Positions 1-13,749 of a stretch of DNA of 64,000 nt are shown here, in pieces; the stretch's first letter is position 1; each line of letters begins with the position of its first letter. The DNA comes from Octopus vulgaris (lineage: Eukaryota): the NCBI GenBank assembly GCA_951406725.2, contig OX597823.1, positions 64,170,001-64,234,000 of the forward strand, written 5' to 3'. The position numbers and the translations under genes were made by a program. Below the pieces are notes generated by a model that saw nothing but the letters and a program-made list of their open reading frames with translations, did no database searches and had not been told where the DNA came from.

Positions 1-275
1 AACAACAACACCACCACCACCACCACCAACAACACCACCACCACCACCACCACCATCATCATAACCACCACCACCACCATCCTCATCATCACCACCACCA
101 TCCTCATCATCACCACCACCATCCTCATCATCACCACCACCATCATCATCATCATAACCACCACCACCATCACCACCGCCACCGCTGCCACCACCATTAC
201 CACCTTCATCATCATCATCATCATCATCATCACCATCATCACCATCATCATCATCATCATCATCACCATCATCAC

Positions 276-307
<32 letters not shown>

Positions 308-321
308 CCATCATCATCATC
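1..321. repeat. Compound (CAC)n/(CAT)n microsatellite
   Basis: Direct reading. Confidence 0.95.
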
Positions 322-543
322 ATATCTAGTTTTAATATCCTTTGGTATCTTTCCAACGAATGCTATCATTGTTTGAATGTGTCTGCAGAGAGATAATTGC
401 AGATAACACCAATTGTTTAAATCTAGAATGGCAGCGTTTGTTTGGCGACTGACATTGTGATATCAGGTTTCTCCACTTCCACTTATGTCTTTCCTGTTTT
501 TGCCCTGATCTGAAAGCCTCTCTCACTCTCTCTCTCTCTCTCT

Positions 544-574
<31 letters not shown>

Positions 575-664
575 TGACACATGCCCACGACACACGCACT
601 AACACACTTGCATGCACAAACACATGCACACTCATACGGTCACACACAAACACACACACATATA

Positions 665-1030
665 TATTCTTTTATTCTCCTACTTGTTTCAGTCATTTGA
701 CTGTGGCCATGCTGGAGCACCATTTTAAAGTGTTTTTTAGTCTTAGAAATCAACCCTGGGACTTATTCTTTGTAAGTCTAGTACTTATTTTATCAGTCTC
801 TTTTGCTGAACCATTAAGTTACAGGGATGTAAACACACCAACATTAGTTGTCAAGTAACAGTGGGAGGACAAACACAGGCACAAAGACACACACATAAAT
901 ACACACACACACACACATACACACATATACATATATACAAGTGTTTGGTCAGCCTGAGGATATAGTAGAAGACACTTGCTCAACGTGCCCTGCAGTGGGA
1001 CTGAACCTGGAACCATGTAGTTGGAAAGCC
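665..1030 (-). mobile_element. SINE family A; further copies or halves at about 7890-8322, 12308-12600, 25500-25700, 27760-27935, 41790-41945, 47130-47350, 59175-59497, 60760-60928
   Basis: Reverse complement of the family A tail and body (cttgtttcagtcatttgactgtggccatgctggagcac...). Confidence 0.85.
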
Positions 1031-1283
1031 TGTGCTTATGATACATAGACATAATTAATTTAGGTGGAGGTGTGGGCAAGAAGCCTAATAGTTTAGGTGT
1101 GACGCTCAAATCACAAGAACATAGTTTCAATTTCAGTATTGCGCTCTTGAGCAAGACACTTCATTTCACATTGCTCTGCTTTCATTTTGACATCCGATGT
1201 GTGGCCACACAGTGTACCTGTATAGGAAGAGTCCATTTGACAGAAGGTATGGGCTCATGTACAAAACAAACATTTGGTTACTA

Positions 1284-1507
1284 GTACCACCAGACTGGCC
1301 CTCATGCCGGTGGCATGTAAAAGCACCCACTAAGCTCTCGGAGTGGTTGGCATTACGAAGGGCATCCAGTTGTAGAAACTCTGCCAGATCAGATTGGAGC
1401 CTGGCGCAGCCATCTGGTTCACCAGTCCTCAGTCAAATCGTCCAACCCATTCTAGCATGGAGAGCGGACGTTAAATGATGATGACGATGACGATGATGAT
1501 GATGATA
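1284..1507 (+). mobile_element. RTE-tail-type retroposon 3' end (family E)
   Basis: gagtggttggcattacgaagggcatccag...ggacgttaaatgatgatg. Same family as the 43931-44354 palindrome. Confidence 0.8.
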
Positions 1508-2570
1508 TATATATATATAACTTGTAAGGCATTGATCAAATGAAGACTATGGTAATGGAGACACTTGCTCATGATACTATACCATGAGCTCAATCACAGA
1601 AACTGGTGCTTCCGAAACAAAATTCTTAACAACACACTGAAGCATTCTTTTGTTTTACAGTACAAAAATAGCAATAAATAATCATTTCCTGACAGAGGAA
1701 TCAAAAACATAACAAAACAAAATATTTCATTGTGGATATGATGCAAAAATAATATGGCAAATATTGTTTCTATCGGATAATTCATGATAATAGAAAATAT
1801 ATATTGAATTATTAAAGAATGCAGAAATAGTAAAAACACTGTTATATAAATGCCTTCAGTATTTAACTCACCCCTGCTTCCTCTCTGTCTCTTTGTATAC
1901 ATACATACATACACATATACACAGACCTGCCCCCCCCCACACACACTCATATGACTTGGACTGAAATCCCCCCTGGTTGGACTTCATCATTTATTACTCT
2001 GAGATTGATTCAATCAACAACTGAACGCCTTCCCTTCCAAATATATATGTGTGTGTGGTAGGGTTATTGCCAATTTAAGATTCCAGTGTAAGACCCTATG
2101 TAAGTGTGACAAGTTGCCAGAAATGGTAAAGTAGGAAACTTGAAGTATTTAGTTCCTCCAAATTGAAATCATATTGAAAATAAATTTTGATTTTTATTCT
2201 TTTGAGATTTACTAAAATAAGTACCAGTGATAACTGAGGCTCTTTTCAGTGAAATATGCCACACATATTAAAAAAAGCTGGTCTTGTGCTTATCTGAAAA
2301 ACTCTAGATTACAAGCCAATATGTTAACCTCTAAAAATGGTTGCTTTGGCCTACAGGGTAGTGGGTGCTTTTACGTGCCACCAGTATGAGGGCCAGTCAG
2401 GTGGTACTGGTAACAGCCACGCTCAAATGGTGTTTTTCACTTGCCACCTGCACAGGAGCCAGTCCAGCAGCACTGGCAATGACCTCGCTTGAATGTTTTT
2501 TCACGTGCCACCAGCACAAGTGCCAGTAAGGCAACACTGGTAATGATCACACTCGAATGGTGCTTTTTAT

Positions 2571-2624
2571 GTGTCTTGGGGAAATTTCAAACCTGGGTTC
2601 TCATTCCTAAGGTATTTTTCGATG

Positions 2625-2682
<58 letters not shown>

Positions 2683-2984
2683 CGTTCAGGTCACTGCTTG
2701 GAATCAAACTCAGAATCTTAAAGTTAAGAGCACGGGCTACTAAACCCAAGATTCTGAGTTCAATTCCAAGCAGTGACCTGAACAATAATAATAATAATAA
2801 TAACAACAACAACATTGAAAAATACCTCAGGAATGAGAACCCAGGTTCAAAATTTCCCCAAGACACCTGAAGAAGGCTGGAGGGTATATCAGCCGAAACA
2901 ATAAACAAGATGAGGATAAATATCTGTCGAATGTAAATAATGTAAATAATGTACATAATTCCTCATCTCTTAAATATAGAACTG
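2571..2984 (+). mobile_element. Second copy of the tRNA-head/hammerhead element (2723-2984) preceded by an inverted partial copy (2571-2719)
   Basis: 2571-2719 is the reverse complement of about 2748-2866. HHR core CTGAAGA at 2867-2873 and GAAAC at 2895-2899, with the cleavage-site segment deleted. Same 3' end as the 61546 copy. Confidence 0.75.
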
Positions 2985-3488
2985 TATTAAACTAGTTTGG
3001 AGTATTTTAATGCAAGTCTGTTTTGTGGTTTTTATTTTTGCTTTAATCTATAAAATTTTAATTCGTTAAAATTGAGAAGCTGATGTTGATAGTGCTCATG
3101 GTAAAAAACACTTAAGAAATGTCAATCACCTTCAGAAATGTCGAATGCTATATGCTATACATGTAAACAACTCTAGAAGACAGATTTCTTGATCATGCAA
3201 TCCTATATGGAAGATATGAGAACCACTTTACAAGAGAAAAGTGTTCAAACATGTTTTCCACATAAAGAATTTTGATACCACCATCACGTAAAATTTTAAC
3301 AATACCAAAAAGATTCCTCACCATGTTGCATTCACCAAAGTTACACTTAACTGTTATGCATACATCAGGTGCATCTGTCTTAGTATTAAAACCTAGCACC
3401 ACTGCATCAATGCCACAGCAGCATTGACCCTCACATATGGTTGTATCACAAGGTATAAAAACCAGTTAAAGCAAAATGAATGCATTAA

Positions 3489-3716
3489 CCATTTTGTTAC
3501 TGTATTCATTTAGAGATGCTCTGTGTTTCTTTCAATTAATTTTAAATATAACAGAGAATTTAGTAAAATAACTTAGTTATCATTAAGCTGGTTTTAGGAA
3601 CATAAATTGTGACTAAGGTTTGTTGGAAGATTTTTATTCAAAACTTATGAAAACAAGACATTTGTACTACAGAGAGAGAGAGAGAGGCAGTTTCAGCCGG
3701 GTTGGTAACGAAAGGG
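3489..3716. mobile_element. piggyBac-type MITE
   Basis: ttaa|ccattttgttac ... gtaacgaaaggg|ttaa. Confidence 0.75.
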
Positions 3717-5957
3717 TTAATATATTTGATTGTGGAATCTGACAATCTCTTCTTGGCCCCTCACAACAGAACATTGTTTCAAATGAGGACCTGGAGAAAT
3801 GTATTGGCGGTTGTTGGATGTTTTCATGAGATATGATATATGCATGCAAGGCAAACTTGAATAGTCATGCAACCAATGTGTCAGTCTCTTGATTGCAGTG
3901 ATCACAGAATTTCCAGTGCAAACAAAGAGAGGATGTGGATAATCTACTGTTGGATGAGAGGGGCAACTTGTTAACCCTTCAGCATTCAGGTTACTCTGTC
4001 AAATGTAATGCTTTTTTTTATTCACCTTGTTAACCATTTAGCATTCAGGTTACTCTGTTAAATGTAATGCTTTATTATTCACATTGTTTTGAATTTATCA
4101 TGCACTCTCTTGTAGCCTTGAGATTTTGTTGATATGATTATTTATTTCCCAGAATGACATTGCTGGGTAGATTTGAGAAGCCTAATTTGGCCAGTGTGAA
4201 CATAAAGCAGATAGAATATCTGGGGGCCAGATATGGCAGATTTAAGTACTAAAAAGTCTTTCAGCCAGTGAAATGAGGGCTGGTGGTTAGTGTTAAAGCT
4301 AAATTTAATAGTGTTTGGCATTTCTAATAGGAAAAAAAGAAAACTTAGTTGAAGAAATATTTCTAAAAAAATTGGAATTAGAATTGAAGTTTGAGTTGAA
4401 ATCAAATCAAAACAATTAGATCCAAGCTGATATCAATAAAGGTATTCTGTATTTTGTTACTATTATTAAATTCTAATTTACATTTAATTTGTAATTTTAG
4501 ATAACACACCTCTCATGTAGATATAGGTTTATGAGGCATTTCTCAAATTTTTCAATTTGGAATCTGAAATTGAAAAAAGAAAATATAATAGAAAAATTTT
4601 AAAAAAAATAAAGATTGGTGAAAAGTATAAAACAGGAAATCCCTAGCTTTTGGCAATGTAAGAATTTTTTGTTAATTGCAGACCAAGTAAATCTTATTTT
4701 TTATTTCTGTAAAGAAATGAATACTAATTTTAACTTCCAAAAGTCAATTTTTCAGAATTAAATTCCTATTCTATGATTGCTATTTGGTTCTGTATTCTAG
4801 GTTTTAAATGCTTTCTTCATTTGAAATAATTGTGGAATTTCTACTCAAAAGTAAGAGTTTAAATGAAGTCATAACGACTTTCATTATTACATTAGCATTA
4901 GGAAGGTGAGCTTGCACAATAGTTCGTGCACCAGACAAAGTGCTTAGTGGCATCTTGTCCACCTTTACGTTCTGAGTTCAAATTCCACTGAGTTCAGCTT
5001 TGCCTGCCATCCTTTTGGGATCCAAGACATGAGTACCAACTGAATACTGTGGTTGATGTAACTGACTAGCTCCTTTCCCCTAAAAGTTTGAGCCTTGTGC
5101 CTATTGTAGAAAGGATTATTGCATCAACATTGTCCAATTGGCTGTAGCTTATTGTCTCTGGGGAATTTAGAAGAGACAAATGAAAGAGCGTTTATCTGGT
5201 CATTCAGTCTATTAGGAATAGTGACCAGGTCTCCTGAAAATCACACCTTAACATCTTTAAATGTAGAAAGGACAGATTAGGTAGATGTAGACATAGATAC
5301 AAGATACATCTATATCTAAATATAAGGTTGGGTAGTAGCAACTGGAATACTTTCATTATGTCTGCTCAATCAGGCTGATCTTTGGATAAATAACAACAAC
5401 AGCAATATTATTTACTTGCATGTATGTATGAGACATAATGAGTCTAACGTAGGATGAATTGGCATGCACCAGACAATGCATGCAACCCATATTTACAGCT
5501 GTGACCTTATTCCAATAGCAAAGCAGAATGAGATCTTTGAGGGTCTTTGATATGCAATTGGGAAATGGATTGCCTTTGGCTTCTATAGACATAGAATGGG
5601 GCCTGGGCATAGGACTACATCCGTTCAGGACCATAGCTAAATGCTAAAACTTACATTCTTCTGAGTCTTTGCTTTCCATTGTAAATAGATTAAACAGGCT
5701 ATTTTAAGCTTATAAACTCTTGAGGTTGGGATTTATCCAGATTTTTGAAGTACTGGGGTTGAGAGTACAAAACCCATCCTTCATGTCACCAGGTTCTGTC
5801 CTGCAATGTAATACTTTCAGCAAGTGTCCCCTACTATAACTTCAGGCTGACTAGTGTCTTGTAATGAAATTTGGTAGACTGGAACTGTAAGGAAGTCCAT
5901 TATACCATCAGCATTATTATTATCAGTTCTAACATCTGCTTTTCCACATGCACTCAT

Positions 5958-6014
<57 letters not shown>

Positions 6015-6139
6015 GATACATACATACATGCATGCATTTTTCTGCAAACACATTTCTCTTCATGGTTTGATTGGATCTTTTAATAATTTTTATTGGAAAG
6101 TCCTAAACAAGGCAAGAAGCCATTTAGAGTAAGGCATTA

Positions 6140-6520
6140 TGAAGAAGGAGAAATTAAGACAAAAGGAATGAATCTACTTTAGACTTGAAAGAACTCAGGT
6201 CATAAGAAAAGGGAAAATAATGAGCTGGAAGGGAGTCCCAAGTCTGGCAGTTTGAGGATAATGCTACAAGCCATAGAAAGTCTTCTTTAATAATTGTAGG
6301 AGTACAACAGCATTTGAATGAAAATGCCTTGAGTTTCAAGTTAGGTGAGATGGCACAAAGTGACTGGAAACAGTCATCAGAGCACTTCCTATGGTAATAA
6401 TAATGGAAAAGACTAAGACTGGTGAAGCCATGTTGATGTGACAAAAGTTGTATTGTTGAGGAAAGAGAGGGACTGATAAAATTAGAGATTCAGTTCGAAA
6501 TTTGGTCAAGGAGATCCAAG
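6140..6520 (-). mobile_element. CR1/Jockey-group LINE 3' fragment
   Basis: LSLFHYYYHRKCSDD...TWDSLPAHYFPFSYDLSSFKSKV, a typical LINE ORF2 C-terminus. Confidence 0.7.
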
Positions 6521-6677
6521 TGAGAAGGTGGTGTACCTGACCAAAGACGACAAGAGTGTTCCATATAAGGAGTACTTGCTGATAATAGGATGGAAGTGGT
6601 GCAGTAATGCAATAACGTAAACTTATACTGTACCAAGTAATTTTACATATTGTTGAATTAACGAGCACTCTATTGAG

Positions 6678-6733
<56 letters not shown>

Positions 6734-6789
6734 ATGTGTGTTTGTTTAAGCTATCAGATAAATTTGTCTTTTTCCATTTATTTTAATCC

Positions 6790-7720
6790 TTCAATAACAT
6801 TTCAACAATTTTAACGAATCTGTTAAGAATATATTCTTCTTCGTTGTTCCTGATTTCTTTCCACTGCACCCACTTACTTATCGATGCATTTATGGTAGAA
6901 ATCATTAGGTCTTAGCTTGAAGTATTCACTGAACCACGTTTACAACACTGTTGGAAAGTAACTGAAAAAGATGACAATCTGAAGGCACTATATCAGGAGA
7001 ATATGTATTTCTTTACTGCCCACAAGGGGCTAAACATAGACGGGACAAACAAGGACAGACAAAGGGATTAAGCCGATTACATCGACCCCAGTGCCTAACT
7101 GGTACTTTATTTATTGACCCCGAAAGGATGAAAGGCAAAGTCGACCTCGGCGGAATGTGAACTCAGAACATAACGGCAGACGAAATACCACAATGCATTT
7201 CAACCGGCGTGCTAAAGTTTCGGCCAGCTCGCCGCCCTGTATCAGGAGAATATGGTGGGTGTGGAAGAACTTCTTAACTGAGCTCTTGAGAGCATTTTTT
7301 ATCAGGTTAGTGATGAGGGGTAAATGTTTTCATGTTGAAGAAGCATACTGTGTTGCTGGTTGAGTCATCTCAGCTGGATTGCTGGTTGAGTAAAGGGGAC
7401 AGGCAATGGCACCATGAGAACATCTCATTTGCCAGGCCAATTCTCTTTTGGATTGGCATGAATCCTTGGTGATGAACTATTCCAGTCAATCCTCATTGAA
7501 CTGAACAGATCCCTTGGAATGCAGAGCATATGTGAGGTTGAATTTTCTCCTTGAAATGTGAAAACCATTTCTGTGCATTTCTTTCAGTAATAACACCTTC
7601 TCCATACACAGCACAAATGTCTTGAGTAGCTTCAGCAGCTTTGGAATTATGATTGAAAGCAAAGAGAAACAAATATTGAAAATACTCATGGTTTTTTTAA
7701 TCTATTTGACACTTGTCTGA
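6790..7720 (-). mobile_element. Internally deleted mariner relic interrupted by a SINE
   Basis: Minus strand AAEATQDICAVYGEGVITERNAQKWFSHFK (about 7555-7645) and HPPYSPD..PSDCHLF split by the SINE at 7006-7239. Confidence 0.8.
7006..7239 (-). mobile_element. Young tRNA-derived SINE, family B (Meta/MESC-like central domain), with 15-bp TSD
   Basis: Central cctttcatcctttcggggtc..taaa..gtaccag. TSD tatcaggagaatatg at 6991-7005 and 7240-7254. Confidence 0.9.
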
Positions 7721-8744
7721 AAAGAGGTAAAATTTACTCAGCAGTCGAAAGCAATAAACAAAAGTTGTAGAGGAAGAATAAAGCTAAAAAAATTCACAGA
7801 ACACTATGATAAAAAATATTTTTTCTGCAAGTTCAAATAATATTGGTAAAATGTGTGAATTTATTTGACAACCCAATATATATATACATTTTTTATCTTT
7901 TACTTCTATCAGTTATTTGACTGTGGCCATGCTGGGGCACCACCTCGAATGGTTTATTTAGTCAAACAAATAGGTTCCAGGACTTACATTTTTAAAGCCT
8001 AGTACTTATTTCATTGGTGTCTTGTGCTGAACTGCTAAGTGATGGGCGTCCTAAGGACACTAAACACGAGTTCTCAATTAGTGGTACTGGGAGGTTACCC
8101 ATTTATAGATATGTACATGTATATATATGAATGTATATATATCTATCTATCTATATATATACATACAATGGGGTTCTTTCACTTTCCACCTACCATATCC
8201 TCTCACAAGGCTTTGGATGGCTGGAGGCTATAGTAGAAGACACTTGCCCAAGGTGCTACACAGTGAGACTGAATCTGTGACCATGTAGTTGGGAAGCAAG
8301 CATCTTACCATACAGCCACGCCTATATATTGTGACTTCAAAGTTCCAGCCAGGTAAGCCATCAAGAGACCAGCTGAAACTTCGAAGTCACTGTTAACAAC
8401 ATTCTTGTGCAAAAATTTTAACCTCAAGAGGACATCTCCTCTTGGGGTTAAAAATGAAGTACGCTGCTTGAATTTATATATATGTTGCGAGCAGAAGCAA
8501 GCTACTGCCATCTCTAACAGATGAGGCTTCCAGTACTGAAGAGAGGCAGATATAGCCAGAAACCAGGCTTGTCTGCTGGTCCCATTGCTAGAAGGTGGTA
8601 GGGGTTCACTCCCCTGCTCACAATATCTTGGATGCAGCTGTGCATCCCTTCGAACTGAACAGTCATGTTGAAGTGGCTATGAACATTACCTGCTAGTACA
8701 ACTACTGTGTTCATCTCTTAAAGAGATATTAGAACTAGCTTTTT

Positions 8745-8788
<44 letters not shown>

Positions 8789-9126
8789 TACATATGTATG
8801 TATGAGTGTATGTGTGTACATGCGTGCAAATGTGCATTAATATCTACGTTCCACATATCTTCTTCACATGTTTGTGTTAAATGGCGATATCATGTTTACA
8901 TCCCAGTAAACAATATGCCCTGTAGCTCTGCACATTTGGAGTCTAATGGAGTCAAAAATTCTCTTAATTATAAAACAAGTATGAGTTAGTGACAGGAAGG
9001 AAATCCAGTGATAAAACATTGCCTCACAGTTTCTTCATCCAACCTATACTATGTGCAAAAGCAGATGAAGTAAAAGCTGTAAAAATGAATAAGTATATCA
9101 TATATATATGCATTTATATATATAAC

Positions 9127-9512
9127 TCTATATATAAAGCTGAAGTTGTCTGTGTATGACAGGTTTGGTAGCCTTCAACTAACACTATCTCCTCCAAGAC
9201 CCTGCAGTGCAAGTTGACCAAAATTGAGAGTATGATAGAAGAAGGCTTGTTCTTCCTTCCGTAGAAAAAAAATTCAAATCAGACCATGTTAACACCGAAT
9301 ATTATTTACACCAAAAAGGTGCTTTTTTTCTATGAAAATCCCTATTTTTTACGATTTTTTGACTGCTGTGTCATCATTTTTTGGTGTATTTCAACCAGAA
9401 AAATGTTCACTTAAAGAGAATAACAAGCTACATAATGAAAATTTTTTACTTTTCAAAAATTCCAATTCTAAATCGAAACAAACCCAAGCAACGCCAGATG
9501 CAATGCTGCTAG
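9127..9512 (+). mobile_element. Non-autonomous Helitron
   Basis: Starts tctatatataaagctgaagttgtctgtgt and ends with a degenerate GC hairpin (cccaagcaacgccag) then CTAG|t. No TIR or TSD. Confidence 0.7.
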
Positions 9513-9531
9513 TTTATAAATATACACATAG

Positions 9532-9597
<66 letters not shown>

Positions 9598-9599
9598 AT

Positions 9600-10651
9600 A
9601 TAAATAATATATAAATATATGTATATATACATACATATATGTACATACCTACATATATATGTATATATACATGCATATATGGGTACAGGGCATAAAAAAA
9701 CGTTGAACACAAGGAGAAATGGAAACATAGAAACAAAAACATAGAAACGAACTTTTTTTGAACAACGAAAAAACAAAACAGAGAAACAGGACATACAACA
9801 TAAAGAATATTCCTCTTCTTCAGTTGTCCCTGTTTCATTTACTCTACGTTATGAAAGCAATGACAAGACGTGACTTCGTTGAAACAGTCCTTCCTGCAAA
9901 GCAAATTAAATAAAATTTGGGATGTTTTGCGGGGAGTGAAAGTGGTAACAGGAAGAGGACAGTGAGAACAAAACAGTAAAGACAAACGGTGTGGGCTGTT
10001 AAGCCAAGACAATAGAAAAATTATGAATGCGAGGAAGACGAGCTTATGAAGGAGACAGTATAAGCACGTTTGTTCTTTACGAAGGTTGTGGGCAGAGAGA
10101 TAGATTATCTTTCATCATGTGTCAGCGACGAGAGCATCGAGGAGGAGGAGGAGTGAGAGAGAGAGGGAAAGGTGAAGAGGAGAAGAGAATATTAGGGAAG
10201 GGTGGGAGAGAAAACCAGAAAGGATGAAGAACAAGAAAGGGAGAGAGATAGACAGAGAAGAGATAGAAAAGGTAGAAGAGTGCGCATCATAATTATTAAG
10301 ATAAAACTTACTTGGAAAAGGATGCATGGAATTTGATCATATAATAATATAAGTAATATATAAATATATGCATATATACATATATGTACATACCTACATA
10401 TATATCTATATATACATACATATATGGGTACAGGACATAAAAAAAATGTTGATCACAAGGAGAAATGAAAACATAAAAACAAAAACATAGAAACGAACTT
10501 TTATTTGAACAACGAAAAAAACAAACAGAGAAACAAGACATACAATATAAAGAATATTTCCCTTCTTCAGTTGTCCCTGTTTCATCTACTCCATGTCTCG
10601 AAGGCAAGGACAAGATGTGACTTCATTGAAACATTCCTTCCTGCAAAGCAA
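9600..10651 (-). mobile_element. Tandem direct repeats of about 300 bp (9600-9904, 10340-10651) around a purine-rich spacer; pseudo-LTR-like
   Basis: Two diverged copies of gggtacagg..cataaaaaaa..gaaacatag..cttcagttgtccctgtttc..cctgcaaagcaa, flanked by (TA)n on both sides. Confidence 0.6.
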
Positions 10652-10671
10652 TATATATATATATATATATA

Positions 10672-11040
10672 CACTATGTGATCAAAAGTATCTGGACATC
10701 TGCCTGATAACAAAATGCAAGTCTGGACCACCCTCCATCTGGAACACTGGTGGTTGATATGGTGTTGGCCCACCCTTAGCCTTGATGATAGCCTCCTTTC
10801 TTGCAGGCATACTTTCAGTCAAGTGGTGAAAGGCAACCCATTCTTCGTGGAATGCCAAAATGAGCAAGTGTATCAATGTGGATCTGTGTGATCTAGTATG
10901 AAGCCAGTATTCTGAAACATCCTAGAGATGTTCAATGAGATTTAAATCAGGTCTCTGTGCTGGCCAGTCCATTAGTGGGATGTTGGGATGTTGTTGTCAT
11001 CAAACTACTCCCCTACAATCCCTGCAGTATGGACTGGTCC
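10672..11040 (-). mobile_element. Tc1-type transposon 3' fragment with TIR
   Basis: ta|cactatgtgatcaaaagtatctggaca terminus. Minus strand reads WPAQRPDLNLIEHL...SMPARKEAIIKAKGGPTPY. Confidence 0.85.
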
Positions 11041-11043
11041 TTG

Positions 11044-12103
11044 GTCATGTTGCTTTATGAGTACAATAAAGGAAACTCTGCAGCCAATGCGACTGGAAAC
11101 ATGCACTCGGTTTATTGGAAACAATGTTTGAATGAGAGAACTTGCGGAAGATGGTTTGCAACATTCAGAAGTGGAGATTTCAGCCTTGAAGATGAAGATT
11201 AAACAGGACGTCCAGTTGAGTTTGGTGATAAGCTCCTGGAGGCATTACTTGAAGAAAATCCTGCATTATCAGTTGAAGAATTGGCAATAAAGCTTAGTTC
11301 AAACCATACAACTGTTCATCTTCATCTTCAACAACTTGGAAAATGGGTGCCTCATTAATTGTTTGAAAGCAACAGCAAATCATGATTTGACATCTGCTTT
11401 TCTATCCATTCTCATGAACTCATTTCACCCTTTTTGGATAGACTTGTGACGGGTGACGAAAAATGGATCTTCTATCGAAATGTTAAACGTTGTAAACAGT
11501 GGCTTGGTAAAAGGGAAAATGCTCAACCACAACCAAGAAGGGAACTTCATGGGAAAAAGGTTCTTCTCTCTATCTGGTGGGATTGCAAAGGAATATTTCA
11601 CTTTGAATTGTTATCACCTAATGCAATAATCAATGCTCAAGTCTACAGACAGCAATTAGAGCATTTGAACCTAGCTTTGAAGAAAAAAAGACCTGCTTTA
11701 GTGAATTGAAAAGGAGTGATGTTTCATCAAGACAATGCGCAACCCCCACACTGCAAAGATCACATCACAGAAGATTGAAGAGCTTGGTTGGGAAAAAATT
11801 CCTCATCCACCTTATTCTAACGTCGCTCCTTCAGACTAGCATTTGTTTTGCAGTTTACAGAATCATTTGGGGGACATAACTTTTGCAAGCCAGGAGGAGG
11901 CGAAACTGACATTTCAGAGTTCTTCGCTTTGAAACCAAAAGAGTTTTTACATTGATGGGATTAAAAAGCTTGTAAATAGATGTAAGGAAGTCATAGATAA
12001 TCAGGGAATGTACATTGATGATTAAATTTCAATTAAATATAACATTTGATCACTTGTTTTTTTTTATTCAAAATTCGGACAGAACTTATGGGATGACCTG
12101 ATA
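11044..12103 (+). mobile_element. Mariner (DD34D-type) transposon, decayed transposase with 3' TIR
   Basis: Motifs RWFATFRSGDFSLED, WVPH, LVTGDEKW, WWDCKG, HQDNA, HPPYS, PSD with stops and frameshifts. Ends gaacttatgggatgacctga-ta. Confidence 0.9.
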
Positions 12104-12112
12104 TATATATAT

Positions 12113-12143
<31 letters not shown>

Positions 12144-13509
12144 TAAAACAATTACAAAGAATATGTGGACTAGTAAATCTTTAAATTTTTCTTTTTGTTT
12201 ATCAGTTAGCTATACATCATAATTAGCAAGTTGAAATGCTATGAAATGAATTTTATAGCCATATCAGATTTCAACATATCCCCTTCACTTCCCTTTGAAC
12301 CTTAAACATAGGCTCAGGTGTGGCTGTGTGATAAAAAGCCTGGTTCCTAACCACATGGTTCTGGGTTCAGTCCCACTGCGTGTCACCATGGGTAGGTGGA
12401 TTCTACCATAGCCTTGGGCCTATGAAAGCCTTGTGAATGAATTTGGGAGATGGAAACTGAATAAAGCTCATTGTATATGTTTGTATGTATGTATATATGT
12501 ATGTATGTGTGTGTGTGTCTCTCTTTGTGTTGTGTCCCCCCCCCCTCCGCATCAATTCACAATCAGCATTGGTGTGCTTATGTCTCCATAACTTAGTGGT
12601 TCTACCTCTTTGAGCTTCACCAGTAACAAGCACTCACTGACAACTGTATGCTTGCACAAAATTCGCTGTTAATGATATAGTGAAACAGTGATTGAAAAAT
12701 CACTTATGATGCAATTCACCGGCTGACTGAATAGAAATTCATTATTTACAACAAAAGCAGTGATGACAATGGATTTTGTCATAGCATAGGGTCACAGTAA
12801 GCTCCATTGTTTGTTCTGGCATGGTTTCTATGGTTGGATGCCTTTCCTAACACCAGCCACTTTACTGAGTGTACTGGGTGCCTTTTATGTGACACCAATG
12901 CCAGAGCTTGTCTGTTTGTCTGTCTATCTATCTATCTATCTATCTGTCTGTCTGTCCATATACATAAAAGTTTGTGCATATTTACAAATACAAGTATGTA
13001 TGTGTGTGCGTGTGTTTGTGTGTGTGCATGTGTGTGCCTGTGTGTGTGTACTTGTATATTTTGTATTTTAAAAATTTTATTTGTAAAGTATTTATCAGCT
13101 TCAGGCTGTATAGGTTAGATATAAAATACAGTTGAGATATGAAATATATGTGAGATATTAAATATAGATTTTTAGACACAAAATATAAGAGATGCGAAAT
13201 ATGGGTGCGATATGATATGTGCTAGATAAAAACTTCAAGCAGGCATAGTATATATGTAAGGTATAAAATATAGGTGACACACAAGCTGGCAGAAACATTA
13301 GCATGCTGGGCGAAATGTGTAGCCGTATTTCGTCTGTCGTTACGTTGTGAGTTCAAATTCCGCCGAGGTCAACTTTGCCTTTCATCCTTTCGGGATTGAT
13401 AAATTAAGTACCAGTTATGCAGTGGGGTCGATGTAATCGACTTAATACCTATGTCTGTCTCTGTTTGTCCCCTCTATGTTTAGCCTCTTGTGGGTAATAA
13501 AAAAAAAAA

Positions 13510-13543
<34 letters not shown>

Positions 13544-13603
13544 ATATGTATAAATGTATGTATAGATATGTATGTGTATATGCATGTATATACATATATA
13601 TGT

Positions 13604-13635
<32 letters not shown>

Positions 13636-13658
13636 TTATCTATCTATCAATCTATCTT

Positions 13659-13704
<46 letters not shown>

Positions 13705-13749
13705 GGTGCAGGAGTGGATTTGTGGTATGTAGCTTGCTCACCAACCACA

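Noticed and set aside
6361-6390. CTGATGA on the minus strand
   Set aside because: No GAAA or stem III. It is the CSDD codons of the LINE fragment.
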